Source of the DNA: Akkermansia muciniphila ATCC BAA-835
GTDB taxonomy: Bacteria > Verrucomicrobiota > Verrucomicrobiia > Verrucomicrobiales > Akkermansiaceae
Length of the DNA stretch: 32,000 nt
Direction: 5' to 3'
Assembly (NCBI RefSeq): GCF_000020225.1
Contig: NC_010655.1
Location: 570,001-602,000, forward strand
In this document: in pieces, positions 1 through 7,802 of the stretch
Layout: each line of letters opens with the position of its first letter
Numbering within the stretch: position 1 is the first letter of the stretch
Notes under the pieces: model-generated
Seen by the model: the letters and a program-made list of their open reading frames with translations, nothing else
The model's database searches: none
What the model was told of the DNA's origin: nothing
Program-made: the position numbers and the translations under genes

Positions 1-1112
1 TGCCCGTTCCAGCCGATGTCCGATGTATTGGCGATAATATGTCCCGTCCCTTTCTCAAAGGCCATGCAGCTTCCCATTCCTTCTTCCCAGCCTTTCCCCT
101 GGAAAACGAACCTGTTGTTCCGGATTTCGTAAGGGTAGGCCTTTTTGTCTATTTCCACTTCCGTGAACCGGTCATCCGTCTTCACGACGCGCGCCTCCGT
201 GCACCAGGACCGTTCGTAATCCACGGATAAACGGTTGATGCTGACATTTTCGCTGTCCATCACCAGGAGGGGAACCACCTTGCCGTGAAAAAGAAACAGG
301 GAACCATTGCCCTCCACGCGGACATTCCGCAAATCGGCCAGAGGCACACACACCGGATGAATCAGCGGCTGGTCATGGTTGGAAATATGGAAACTCATGT
401 TCAAAGCCCCCTCCGGATAAAAATGGTAAATGCCTCTGGGGATGTTCAAAACGCCCCCGCCCTGCCTCCGGAGAGCGGAAACGGCAGCCCGCAGCGCCGG
501 CCCCTGATCTTTTCTGACGCCGGGAACCATGCCGAATTCAGAGGCATTCACCACAGCTCCCTTCATCCCCTGCCCACTTCCTGTCGTCTTCCAGGCCAGA
601 TCTACCCAGTCCGCATGGTCGTAAGAATTATTGTCCACCCGGTCGGCCATCAGGTAAAGATGCCGTATGCCGTTTTCCGCCACCGGAATGGAAAACTTCT
701 TCGCGGCCATCCCCCTCCTCATCACGCCGGAACTCCATAAAACCTCGGACCCGCTCATCACGCGGAATTCCACGCTTCCGTCTCCATCCGCACCGTCATC
801 AATTCCGCATGCACCTTCCAGCCTCAAAACTTTCGGGTTTTCCGGAACGGGCAGGGGAATCATGGACGTAGCGTGCGTACCGATTCCCGTGGCATATTTT
901 TTGCCGCCTATGCTCAACCCCGCATTACTGAAAGACCGGTCCAACCGGGTTTCCCCCGTCTCCTGGCGAGTCATCAGCAGGCTGGAGGCAGGAACTTTTA
1001 CGGCTATGGTTCCGGATTGGGCAGCTTTTTCCTCGCCCTGGGACTGTGCCGGGAATAATCCCGCCAAACACGCTGCAACTACAAAACTCCATGAAAACAT
1101 CCGGCTGAACAT
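1..1112 (-). CDS. Secreted glycoside hydrolase, N-terminal part: signal peptide, NPCBM carbohydrate-binding module, then the start of a right-handed beta-helix catalytic domain. A GH110-like alpha-galactosidase is the best guess. The 3' end runs off the window.
   Basis: Absent from the ORF track because it has no stop in the window. My own minus-strand translation from the ATG (rc of 1110-1112) stays open to position 3. It reads MFSRMFSWSFVVAACLAGLFPAQSQGEEK (signal peptide), then LSIGGKKYATGIGTHATSMIPL...GACGIDDGADGDGSVEFRVMSG...DHADWVDLAW (NPCBM pattern), then VNASEFGMVPGVRKDQGPALRAAVSALRRQGGGVLNIPRGIYHFYPEG (typical start of pectate-lyase-fold hydrolases). The + strand ORFs 39-230, 285-740 and 667-1422 are its shadows. 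Confidence 0.75.
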   Translation of the reverse strand, partial: MFSRMFSWSFVVAACLAGLFPAQSQGEEKAAQSGTIAVKVPASSLLMTRQETGETRLDRSFSNAGLSIGGKKYATGIGTHATSMIPLPVPENPKVLRLEGACGIDDGADGDGSVEFRVMSGSEVLWSSGVMRRGMAAKKFSIPVAENGIRHLYLMADRVDNNSYDHADWVDLAWKTTGSGQGMKGAVVNASEFGMVPGVRKDQGPALRAAVSALRRQGGGVLNIPRGIYHFYPEGALNMSFHISNHDQPLIHPVCVPLADLRNVRVEGNGSLFLFHGKVVPLLVMDSENVSINRLSVDYERSWCTEARVVKTDDRFTEVEIDKKAYPYEIRNNRFVFQGKGWEEGMGSCMAFEKGTGHIIANTSDIGWNG

Positions 1113-1229
1113 ATTTTTTATACTCTGTTCCCGTATTCCTTCTATCAGAAAAAATATGGATCGTCCAGAAGCTTCCATCAGAGAAAAAGAGAGATTGCCT
1201 TCCATACCGAATTCAGGGACACTGTCTCC

Positions 1230-1697
1230 ATGCGATCAGCATTCTTCCTACTGCCCGGCATCCTGCCGGCTCTTTCCGCCTGCGGGCGCGGAGGCGCCAC
1301 GCTTGAAACGGATAACGTCCAGGCGGAATGGTTCCCCAACGGCAGCAGAACGGCGATTGTCCTGGAAGGGGAAAGCGAACCCGTTTCCGAACGGGAAATC
1401 CGGCATCCCCATTCCGGCATGACTCTTTTTTACCATTCGCTGGGGGACGGCAGAGGAACTTTGGAAATCGCAGGAGGGGTTCCGGAAACGGCTACAGTAA
1501 CATACAACCAGGGAGCGGCTTCCACGGAGCTGCATTTCAAAACGGCCTCCAGGGAAATACTTCTGAATGACGTACGCCGCCCGGACGCGAACGAAAAAAC
1601 GGCCTTCCTGAATGGCTGGAGCTGCCAGGAACGGGGCACAGCCCTGCTCCGTTCCGGGACAACCGGAGCCATGACCACGGAAAAAAACGTCCCATGA
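1230..1697 (+). CDS. Hypothetical lipoprotein
   Basis: The N-terminus MRSAFFLLPGILPALSACGRGG has a lipobox (LSAC). The stop overlaps the next start in ATGA (1694-1697), suggesting translational coupling with the hydrolase. I recognise no family. Confidence 0.6.
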   Translation: MRSAFFLLPGILPALSACGRGGATLETDNVQAEWFPNGSRTAIVLEGESEPVSEREIRHPHSGMTLFYHSLGDGRGTLEIAGGVPETATVTYNQGAASTELHFKTASREILLNDVRRPDANEKTAFLNGWSCQERGTALLRSGTTGAMTTEKNVP

Positions 1698-2512
1698 ATC
1701 TTCTGAGGATACTGAAAACGGGAACATGGAAAATCCCGTGCGCACTTCTGCTTGCCGGGGTTCTGGCTCTGGCATGCGTCCAGTGTTCCGTCCGTTCCCT
1801 AGTGTACCTGCCGCCCCAACCCAAGGACAAAACCGCGTATCTGGAAAAACGTGCCGCCTGGGAACCGCATCGGCGCACCTTCCACCATAATGGGGCCAAA
1901 CTCAGCGGATGGCTTATTGAAAAAAAGGGGCAGCCCCTCCTAGTATATTACGGAGGGAACGCCATGGATATTTCCATGATGCTTCCCTACCTGGACCGTT
2001 TTCCCCATGCCAAACTCCTGGTCAATTACCGCGGGTACGGGCTCAGCACCGGCTCTCCTACGGAACAGGATATCATGGGAGACTCCCTGGCTATCCTTGA
2101 CTCCGTGCTGAAGGAAACCGGAAGAACGCCGGACGACGTCATCCTGGTCGGGCAAAGCCTCGGTTCCGGAGTCGCTACCCAGGTAGCCTCCGTCAGACAC
2201 GTGAAAAAACTGGTGCTGCTGGTCCCTTTTGACAGCCTTCTGGAAACTGCCCGCGGTCTCTTCCCATACCTGCCCGTCAGGCTTCTCCTTCCGGACCACT
2301 TCCGGTCAGACCTGGCCGCGCCCAAAGTCGCCTGCCCTGTCAGCATCCTGGCTGCGGGAGCGGATGAAGTCATTCCTCCGCACCACGCCAAACGGCTCCG
2401 GGACTGTTTCTCCGTACCGGTCAGTTACCAGGAATTCCCCGGAGCCATGCATAATACCATCTGGCTCAGCCCCGGCTTTGATAAAGCGTTTTCTCAAAGC
2501 ATCGGGTACTGA
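1694..2512 (+). CDS. Membrane-anchored alpha/beta-fold hydrolase (ABHD13/Bem46-like serine hydrolase)
   Basis: N-terminal hydrophobic anchor, nucleophile elbow GQSLGSG, the NYRGYGLSTGSPTE segment, and a C-terminal ...GADEVIPPHHAKRL...PGAMHN segment that could supply the acid and His of the triad. Confidence 0.8.
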   Translation: MNLLRILKTGTWKIPCALLLAGVLALACVQCSVRSLVYLPPQPKDKTAYLEKRAAWEPHRRTFHHNGAKLSGWLIEKKGQPLLVYYGGNAMDISMMLPYLDRFPHAKLLVNYRGYGLSTGSPTEQDIMGDSLAILDSVLKETGRTPDDVILVGQSLGSGVATQVASVRHVKKLVLLVPFDSLLETARGLFPYLPVRLLLPDHFRSDLAAPKVACPVSILAAGADEVIPPHHAKRLRDCFSVPVSYQEFPGAMHNTIWLSPGFDKAFSQSIGY

Positions 2513-2520
2513 TCTCCGTT

Positions 2521-2970
2521 TTATTCCGCAGGAGCCAGAGATACGCGGCGCAGGCAGCTTCCTTCATGTTCCAGCAGCAGCCATGAGGTTTCTTCCGGCA
2601 GCGCTTCCGGAAACAGGTTGGCCCATTCGACAATGAGCACAGTCTCTCCGTCCAGATACTCTTCCCACCCTATGCCGGTCAGCTCGGACTCATCCTTCAG
2701 CCGGTAAAAATCAAAATGGCATGCCGGCAGGCGTCCGTCAGCATGCTCATGCACCAGGGAAAATGTCGGGCTGGCAGCCGCCTCGGAACTCCCCAGCCCC
2801 TCCATAATGCCCTGGGTCAGGTGCGTCTTTCCGGCCCCCAGCTCACCCACCACGCCCAGAATTTCGCCGGGCATTAAAATTTTACCTATTTGCCTCCCCA
2901 GCTCCCTCATTTCCTCCGGGGAATGAGTCAAAACGGGGCCGTTTCTAAAAATTTTATGCCATTCGCTCAT
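2521..2970 (-). CDS. tsaE: tRNA threonylcarbamoyladenosine (t6A) biosynthesis ATPase TsaE
   Basis: 149 aa with P-loop GELGAGKTHLTQG, the FDFYRL motif and the family-typical EW segment (LIVEWANLFPEALPEE). Confidence 0.85.
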   Translation of the reverse strand: MSEWHKIFRNGPVLTHSPEEMRELGRQIGKILMPGEILGVVGELGAGKTHLTQGIMEGLGSSEAAASPTFSLVHEHADGRLPACHFDFYRLKDESELTGIGWEEYLDGETVLIVEWANLFPEALPEETSWLLLEHEGSCLRRVSLAPAE

Positions 2971-2984
2971 TTTTTCATGAAATT

Positions 2985-3037
2985 TTGCTTGTCTAAAATA
3001 AAGTCATATGGTTTATTGCGGCTCCCGCATCTGCGGG
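2985..3037 (+). promoter_or_regulatory. Candidate rplU promoter (TTGCTT-16 nt-TATGGT, 2985-3012) followed by a small leader hairpin (CCCGCA-tc-TGCGGG, 3024-3037)
   Basis: Hexamers and hairpin read directly from the sequence upstream of rplU. Promoter rules for this phylum are not well known to me. Confidence 0.3.
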
Positions 3038-3058
3038 CGAACCTTAACAGTGATAGCA

Positions 3059-3376
3059 ATGGCATACGCAATTTTCAAAACAGGTGGCAAGCAGTACCGC
3101 GTCCAGACGGGCGACGTGATCGACGTTGAATGCATCAATACCCTCGAAGAGGGGGCCGAAGCAAGCTTCGATCAGGTGCTTATGGTGGAAAATGACGGAA
3201 AAGTGACCGTCGGCACCCCCATGGTGGAAGGAGCTACGGTCTCCGCCAAGGTGGTCAGCCAGTTCCGCGGCAAAAAGATCATCGCTTTCAAATTTAAGCG
3301 CCGCAAGGGCTTCCACAAGAAAAAAGGTTCCCGCCGCGCCATGACGAAGCTGGAAATCACTGCTATCAACGCCTAA
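3059..3376 (+). CDS. rplU: 50S ribosomal protein L21
   Basis: [24 protein letters not shown]... is a canonical L21 N-terminus. I trimmed the track ORF (3008) to the internal ATG at 3059. Confidence 0.95.
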   Translation: MAYAIFKTGGKQYRVQTGDVIDVECINTLEEGAEASFDQVLMVENDGKVTVGTPMVEGATVSAKVVSQFRGKKIIAFKFKRRKGFHKKKGSRRAMTKLEITAINA

Positions 3377-3402
3377 TTTCAACCCTTAATTTTTATTATC
3401 TT

Positions 3403-3666
3403 ATGGCTCACAAGAAAGGTCAAGGTTCTGTCAAGAACGGTCGCGACTCCCGCAGCAAGCGCCTCGGCGTTAAAAAATTCGGCGGACAGGAAGTGATCGC
3501 GGGCAACATCATCATCCGCCAGCGCGGCACCAAGTGGCACCCCGGCAAGGGCGTAGGCATGGGTCGTGACTACACCATCTTCTCCCTGGTGGACGGCCGC
3601 GTGTTCTTTGACCGCGAAGGCCGCCGCGTCAATGTGGCTCCGGAAGGATCTGAAGCCGCCAACTAA
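3403..3666 (+). CDS. rpmA: 50S ribosomal protein L27
   Basis: [29 protein letters not shown]... is a canonical L27 N-terminus. 87 aa. Confidence 0.95.
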   Translation: MAHKKGQGSVKNGRDSRSKRLGVKKFGGQEVIAGNIIIRQRGTKWHPGKGVGMGRDYTIFSLVDGRVFFDREGRRVNVAPEGSEAAN

Positions 3667-3692
3667 AATACGGATTACTCTATCTCCCTGCA

Positions 3693-3727
3693 GGGGCGGC
3701 CATCCACAGGGATGACCGCCCCTTTTT
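3693..3727 (+). terminator. Rho-independent terminator of rplU-rpmA
   Basis: GGGGCGG (3693-3699) pairs with CCGCCCC (3716-3722). An inner CATCC/GGATG stem closes a 4-nt loop, and TTTTT follows at 3723-3727. Confidence 0.85.
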
Positions 3728-3760
3728 CTGTCCTTCTCCGCGCTCCAATAAATAACAGGA

Positions 3761-3779
3761 ATTGTTCTTGCAAAACAAT
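3761..3779. promoter_or_regulatory. Inverted repeat ATTGTT-N7-AACAAT upstream of the fur-like/suf operon (candidate operator overlapping a TTGCAA -35-like hexamer)
   Basis: Palindrome read directly, about 43 nt upstream of the Fur-family start codon. No known box was matched with confidence. Confidence 0.25.
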
Positions 3780-3821
3780 AGCCCCTCCCCCACTATCCAC
3801 GCAGAGCATGAAAAATAAGAT

Positions 3822-4262
3822 ATGAATCCCAAAACAGATTCCAAGCAGGCCGTCCGCACTGCCTCTACCCTGCCGGTCATTTCCGGGTTGAGGCTTACCA
3901 AGCAAAGGCAGGAAGTTTATCAGGTTCTTCTGGAACAAAGGGATCATCCAACAGCCAATGAAGTTTACCAGCGGGTACGCAAAAAACTCCCCAGCATCTC
4001 CCTGGCCACCGTTTATAACTGCCTGGAGGCGCTGGTGAACCACGGCCTGGTCAATCAGGTCAACTTTGAACGCAGTTCTTCCCGTTTCTGTCCCAATCTC
4101 GTTGAGCACGGACACTTCCAGGACACCCGGACCGGACGCATTTACGACATCACCATCAAGGAAGGCGTGGAACTGAAGGAATTCATCAACTTGCCCGACG
4201 ACGTGTGCGTGGAAGAAGCCCAAATCACCCTGAGGGGTTCCATCACCACGCCGCAGGGCTAA
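3822..4262 (+). CDS. Fur-family metalloregulator (atypical, Cys-poor)
   Basis: Winged-helix segment LRLTKQRQEVYQVLLEQRDHPTANEVYQRV...ISLATVYNCLEALVNHGLV is typical of Fur/PerR/Zur. The HHHxxCxxC region is replaced by EHGHFQDTRTGRIYDI. The gene ends 15 nt before sufC. Confidence 0.8.
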   Translation: MNPKTDSKQAVRTASTLPVISGLRLTKQRQEVYQVLLEQRDHPTANEVYQRVRKKLPSISLATVYNCLEALVNHGLVNQVNFERSSSRFCPNLVEHGHFQDTRTGRIYDITIKEGVELKEFINLPDDVCVEEAQITLRGSITTPQG

Positions 4263-4277
4263 CTCTCTTTCATCATC

Positions 4278-5036
4278 ATGAGTCTGGTCATTAAAAATTT
4301 GCACGCCAACGTGCAAGGCACGGAAATACTTAAAGGCATCAATCTGGAAATTCCCAAGGGAGAGGTGCATGCAATCATGGGGCCCAACGGCTCCGGGAAA
4401 AGTACTTTATCCAAAGTTCTTTGCGGACATCCGGACTATGAGGTAACGGAGGGAGAAGCCTGGCTGGACGGACAGAACCTGCTGGACATGAGCATTGACG
4501 AACGCAGCAGGGCGGGACTCTTCCTGGCATTCCAGTACCCCATGGAAGTTCCCGGCGTTTCCAACGCCAACTTCCTTCGTGCGGCCATGCAGGCCCGCAT
4601 GCCCCATGGGGAGGAACTGGATGCGGTCACCTTCTACAAAACGCTCTATGCAAAAATGGACCAGCTCGGCATGGCCCGCAAATTCACGTCACGCGCCGTT
4701 AACGAAGGTTTCTCCGGGGGAGAGAAAAAGCGCAATGAAGTGCTGCAAATGCTTCTCCTGGATCCCCTCTATGCCATTCTGGACGAAACGGATTCCGGCC
4801 TGGACATAGATGCCCTCCGCATTGTCTCGGAAGGAGTCAACTCCATGCGTTCCCCTTTCCGGAGCTTCCTGGTCATCACCCACTACAAACGCCTGCTGGA
4901 CTACATCAGGCCGGATGTGGTCCATGTACTGGCTGACGGGCGGATTGTCCGGACCGGAGGCGGAGAACTGGTGGACGAACTGGAAAGCAGGGGATACGAG
5001 TTCCTGAAAGAAACGGAAACAGCGGAAAAGGCATAA
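4278..5036 (+). CDS. sufC: Fe-S cluster assembly ATPase SufC
   Basis: Walker [13 protein letters not shown] signature FSGGEKKR, Walker [14 protein letters not shown]. 252 aa, immediately upstream of sufB. Confidence 0.95.
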   Translation: MSLVIKNLHANVQGTEILKGINLEIPKGEVHAIMGPNGSGKSTLSKVLCGHPDYEVTEGEAWLDGQNLLDMSIDERSRAGLFLAFQYPMEVPGVSNANFLRAAMQARMPHGEELDAVTFYKTLYAKMDQLGMARKFTSRAVNEGFSGGEKKRNEVLQMLLLDPLYAILDETDSGLDIDALRIVSEGVNSMRSPFRSFLVITHYKRLLDYIRPDVVHVLADGRIVRTGGGELVDELESRGYEFLKETETAEKA

Positions 5037-5059
5037 CGCCGCCAATCCGGCAATCAATC

Positions 5060-6496
5060 ATGAGCGATACACCTGACATGTCAGAGAACGGGAACACACA
5101 GAACCTGTTTGACTTCGACCGGAGCAAGGGAAACTTCTCCTTCCCGGAACGCCATAAATTTGATGCCGGATACGGCCTGACGGAGGCCACTATTGACTAC
5201 ATCTGCGACGTCAAGGACGACCCGGAATGGGTGCGCCAGTTCCGCAAAAACGCGCTTGCCGTTTTTGAAAGCAAGCCCATGCCCACCCACTGGGCTTCTC
5301 CGGATATTAAAAAAATAGACTTCTCCCAAATCCGCTACTACCTCTCCGACGGAGAACGGCCCAAACGAAGCTGGGACGACGTGCCGGAGGATGTAAAGCG
5401 CACCTTCGAACGCCTGGGCGTTCCGGAACAGGAACGCCAGTTTCTGGCGGGCGTGGAAGCCCAGTACGACTCCGAATCCGCCTACTCCAACATGAAGGAG
5501 GAACTCCGCAGCCAGGGCGTCATCTTCGTCAACTCCACGGAAGGCCTGAAACACCATGAAGATGTCTTCCGCCCCTGGTTTGGAAAAGTCATTCCCACGG
5601 GAGACAACAAATTTTCCGCTCTGAACAGCGCAGTATTTTCCGGAGGTTCCTTCATTTACGTACCCAAAGGGGTTAAACTCAAACATCCTCTCCAGGCGTA
5701 TTTCCGAATCAACTCGGAAAATTTCGGGCAGTTCGAACGAACTCTCATCATTGCGGATGAAGGTGCGGAACTCATGTACATGGAAGGATGCACGGCACCC
5801 CAGTTTGAAACTTCCACCCTCCACTCCGCCGTTGTGGAACTGGTCGCGCTCAAGGGCGCGAAAATTCAGTACGTCACCGTGCAAAACTGGTCCTCCAATG
5901 TCTTCAACATGGTCACCAAGCGCGGTCTTGCCATGGAAGATGCGGAAATCCGCTGGATAGACTGCAACATTGGTTCCGGCCTCACCATGAAATACCCGGC
6001 TGTGGTGCTCAAAGGCAGGCGCGCGCGGGGGGAAGTCATCTCCATCGCTCTGGCAAACACGGGCCAGCATCAAGATACGGGGGCCAAAATGATCCATGCG
6101 GCGGACGACACTACGTCCAACATCGTTTCCAAATCCATCAGCATCGGCGAAGGGCGCGCCAGCTACCGGGGCCAGGTAATCATGGGCAAAGGGCTTAAGG
6201 GGTGCAGGAACAACACGGAATGCGACGCCCTACTTCTGGCAGCCAACAGCCGTACGGACACCTACCCTGCCATCACGGTAAAAGGGGATGGAGGCACGGT
6301 GCAGCATGAGGCATCCGTCTCCCAGGTCTCTGAAGAAATGCTTTTTTACATGCAGCAGCGGGGCATCCCGAAAGCTGCGGCGATGTCTCTGGCCGTCAAT
6401 GGATTCATTAACGACCTCGTTCAGGAATTCCCCATGGAATACTCTGTGGAGCTGCGCAGGCTCATTGATCTGGAAATGGAAGACAGCATCGGATAA
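5060..6496 (+). CDS. sufB: Fe-S cluster assembly scaffold SufB
   Basis: 478 aa, placed between sufC and sufD. It has a long conserved beta-helix core typical of SufB (e.g. ...[18 protein letters not shown]...[16 protein letters not shown]...SRTDTYPAI...[21 protein letters not shown]). Confidence 0.95.
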   Translation: MSDTPDMSENGNTQNLFDFDRSKGNFSFPERHKFDAGYGLTEATIDYICDVKDDPEWVRQFRKNALAVFESKPMPTHWASPDIKKIDFSQIRYYLSDGERPKRSWDDVPEDVKRTFERLGVPEQERQFLAGVEAQYDSESAYSNMKEELRSQGVIFVNSTEGLKHHEDVFRPWFGKVIPTGDNKFSALNSAVFSGGSFIYVPKGVKLKHPLQAYFRINSENFGQFERTLIIADEGAELMYMEGCTAPQFETSTLHSAVVELVALKGAKIQYVTVQNWSSNVFNMVTKRGLAMEDAEIRWIDCNIGSGLTMKYPAVVLKGRRARGEVISIALANTGQHQDTGAKMIHAADDTTSNIVSKSISIGEGRASYRGQVIMGKGLKGCRNNTECDALLLAANSRTDTYPAITVKGDGGTVQHEASVSQVSEEMLFYMQQRGIPKAAAMSLAVNGFINDLVQEFPMEYSVELRRLIDLEMEDSIG

Positions 6497-6507
6497 GGAG
6501 GGAAATA

Positions 6508-7761
6508 ATGAACCACTTGCTTAACGAAGAACAATTTTCCGCAGGCTTTCTTCCCGCATGGTTTGAAGCCCGGCGCCGCCATGCCCTGGAACAGGCGGAA
6601 CGGCTTCCGGAACCTTCCCGCCGCATGGAATCCTGGCGTTTCGGCACCCCCGGCAACGAATCCCTGGAACATGTTGAAGCAGCCCTTCCTGTGGCGCCGG
6701 AAGCCTTGGCCCCCATCATCAGGGAACATGCCTCCATGCCGGAGGCCCTCCGCATTGTTTACGCCAACGGGCTCCCCGTATCCCTTCCGGAAGAGCTTCC
6801 GGAAGGGCTTTCCGTCATGGATATGGAAGACTTTGTGCTCCAATGCCCGGACACCGCCCGGAAATATTTGGAAACAGAGACGGAAACGCTCGGTTCCGAA
6901 AAACTGTCGGCATTGACTATGGCTCTCCAGCACAACGGGCTGGTTATTATGGCGGACAGGGAAATCTCTCTCCCTCTGGAAATACTCCACTTCATTTCCG
7001 GAGATAACGTGGCCGTTTTTCCCTCTACGCTGCTCATTGCGGAAACCGGAAGCCGCCTGCACATTCTGGAACGCCACCTTAGCGCAGACCATGGCCGCCA
7101 ATTCTGCGGAGCGCTCCAGCAATACCACCTTTCCTCCGCGTCATCTGTCAAATACGCGCTGGTTCAGGAACTTAACAGCCGTTCCCGTGCCGTGGAGCTT
7201 TCCCATATTATGGCGGATGATTCCGCGGAAATGGAACATCTCGTCAGCCATCCCGGCGCAGCCTGGGCCAGACAGGAGACGGTCTGCATCCTGAACGGAG
7301 ACGGCGCAGGAGTCCGCCTGCTTTCCGCCAACCATCTGAAGGAAAACAAGGAGCTGGACCAGAGGACCTGCCAGAAGCACCTTTACCGCGGAGCCTCCAG
7401 CAACCTGCTTTATGCCAATGTGCTTGACGATGAAGCCAGCAGCATTTTCAGCGGCATGATCCTGGTGGCGGAAGGCGCGCATGACACCAGCGCCTATCAA
7501 AGCAACCGCAATCTCATTCTCAGCCCCAGAGCGGAAGCCAACTCCATTCCCGGCCTGGAAATCCTGGCGGACAGAGTGCAGTGTTCGCACGGTTCCGCCA
7601 CTTCCTCCATTTCCCCGGAAGAAATTTTCTACCTGCTTTCACGGGGCATTCCGGAACAGACGGCGCGCAGAATGATTGCCCAGGGCTTTCTGAAACATGT
7701 CTTGGACCAATTCGGCGATGAAACCATACGTACCGCGGTAGAAAGCATCATCCTGCCCTGA
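6508..7761 (+). CDS. sufD: Fe-S cluster assembly protein SufD
   Basis: 417 aa, follows sufB. The C-terminal SufB/SufD-family segment is ...NLILSPRAEANSIPGLEILADRVQCSHGSATSSISPEEIFYLLSRGI. Confidence 0.9.
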   Translation: MNHLLNEEQFSAGFLPAWFEARRRHALEQAERLPEPSRRMESWRFGTPGNESLEHVEAALPVAPEALAPIIREHASMPEALRIVYANGLPVSLPEELPEGLSVMDMEDFVLQCPDTARKYLETETETLGSEKLSALTMALQHNGLVIMADREISLPLEILHFISGDNVAVFPSTLLIAETGSRLHILERHLSADHGRQFCGALQQYHLSSASSVKYALVQELNSRSRAVELSHIMADDSAEMEHLVSHPGAAWARQETVCILNGDGAGVRLLSANHLKENKELDQRTCQKHLYRGASSNLLYANVLDDEASSIFSGMILVAEGAHDTSAYQSNRNLILSPRAEANSIPGLEILADRVQCSHGSATSSISPEEIFYLLSRGIPEQTARRMIAQGFLKHVLDQFGDETIRTAVESIILP

Positions 7762-7802
7762 CCGCTATTTCATGAAACCCAAAAAGACGGAGAGACGGTC
7801 CC

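Noticed and set aside
39-1422. The + strand ORFs 39-230, 285-740, 667-1422 and 873-1058 at the left edge.
   Set aside because: They overlap an uninterrupted minus-strand frame (1-1112) that encodes a signal peptide plus a clear NPCBM domain. The + strand translations are Pro/Ser/Arg-rich with no recognisable features.
3675-4370. A 231-aa minus ORF spanning the fur-like gene and the start of sufC.
   Set aside because: It is antisense to two recognisable genes and crosses their intergenic gap. I see no motifs in it.
7762-7802. A possible terminator between the convergent sufD and YfhO-like genes.
   Set aside because: The apparent symmetry is a direct repeat (GACGG-AGA-GACGG), not an inverted repeat, and I could not draw a stable hairpin.
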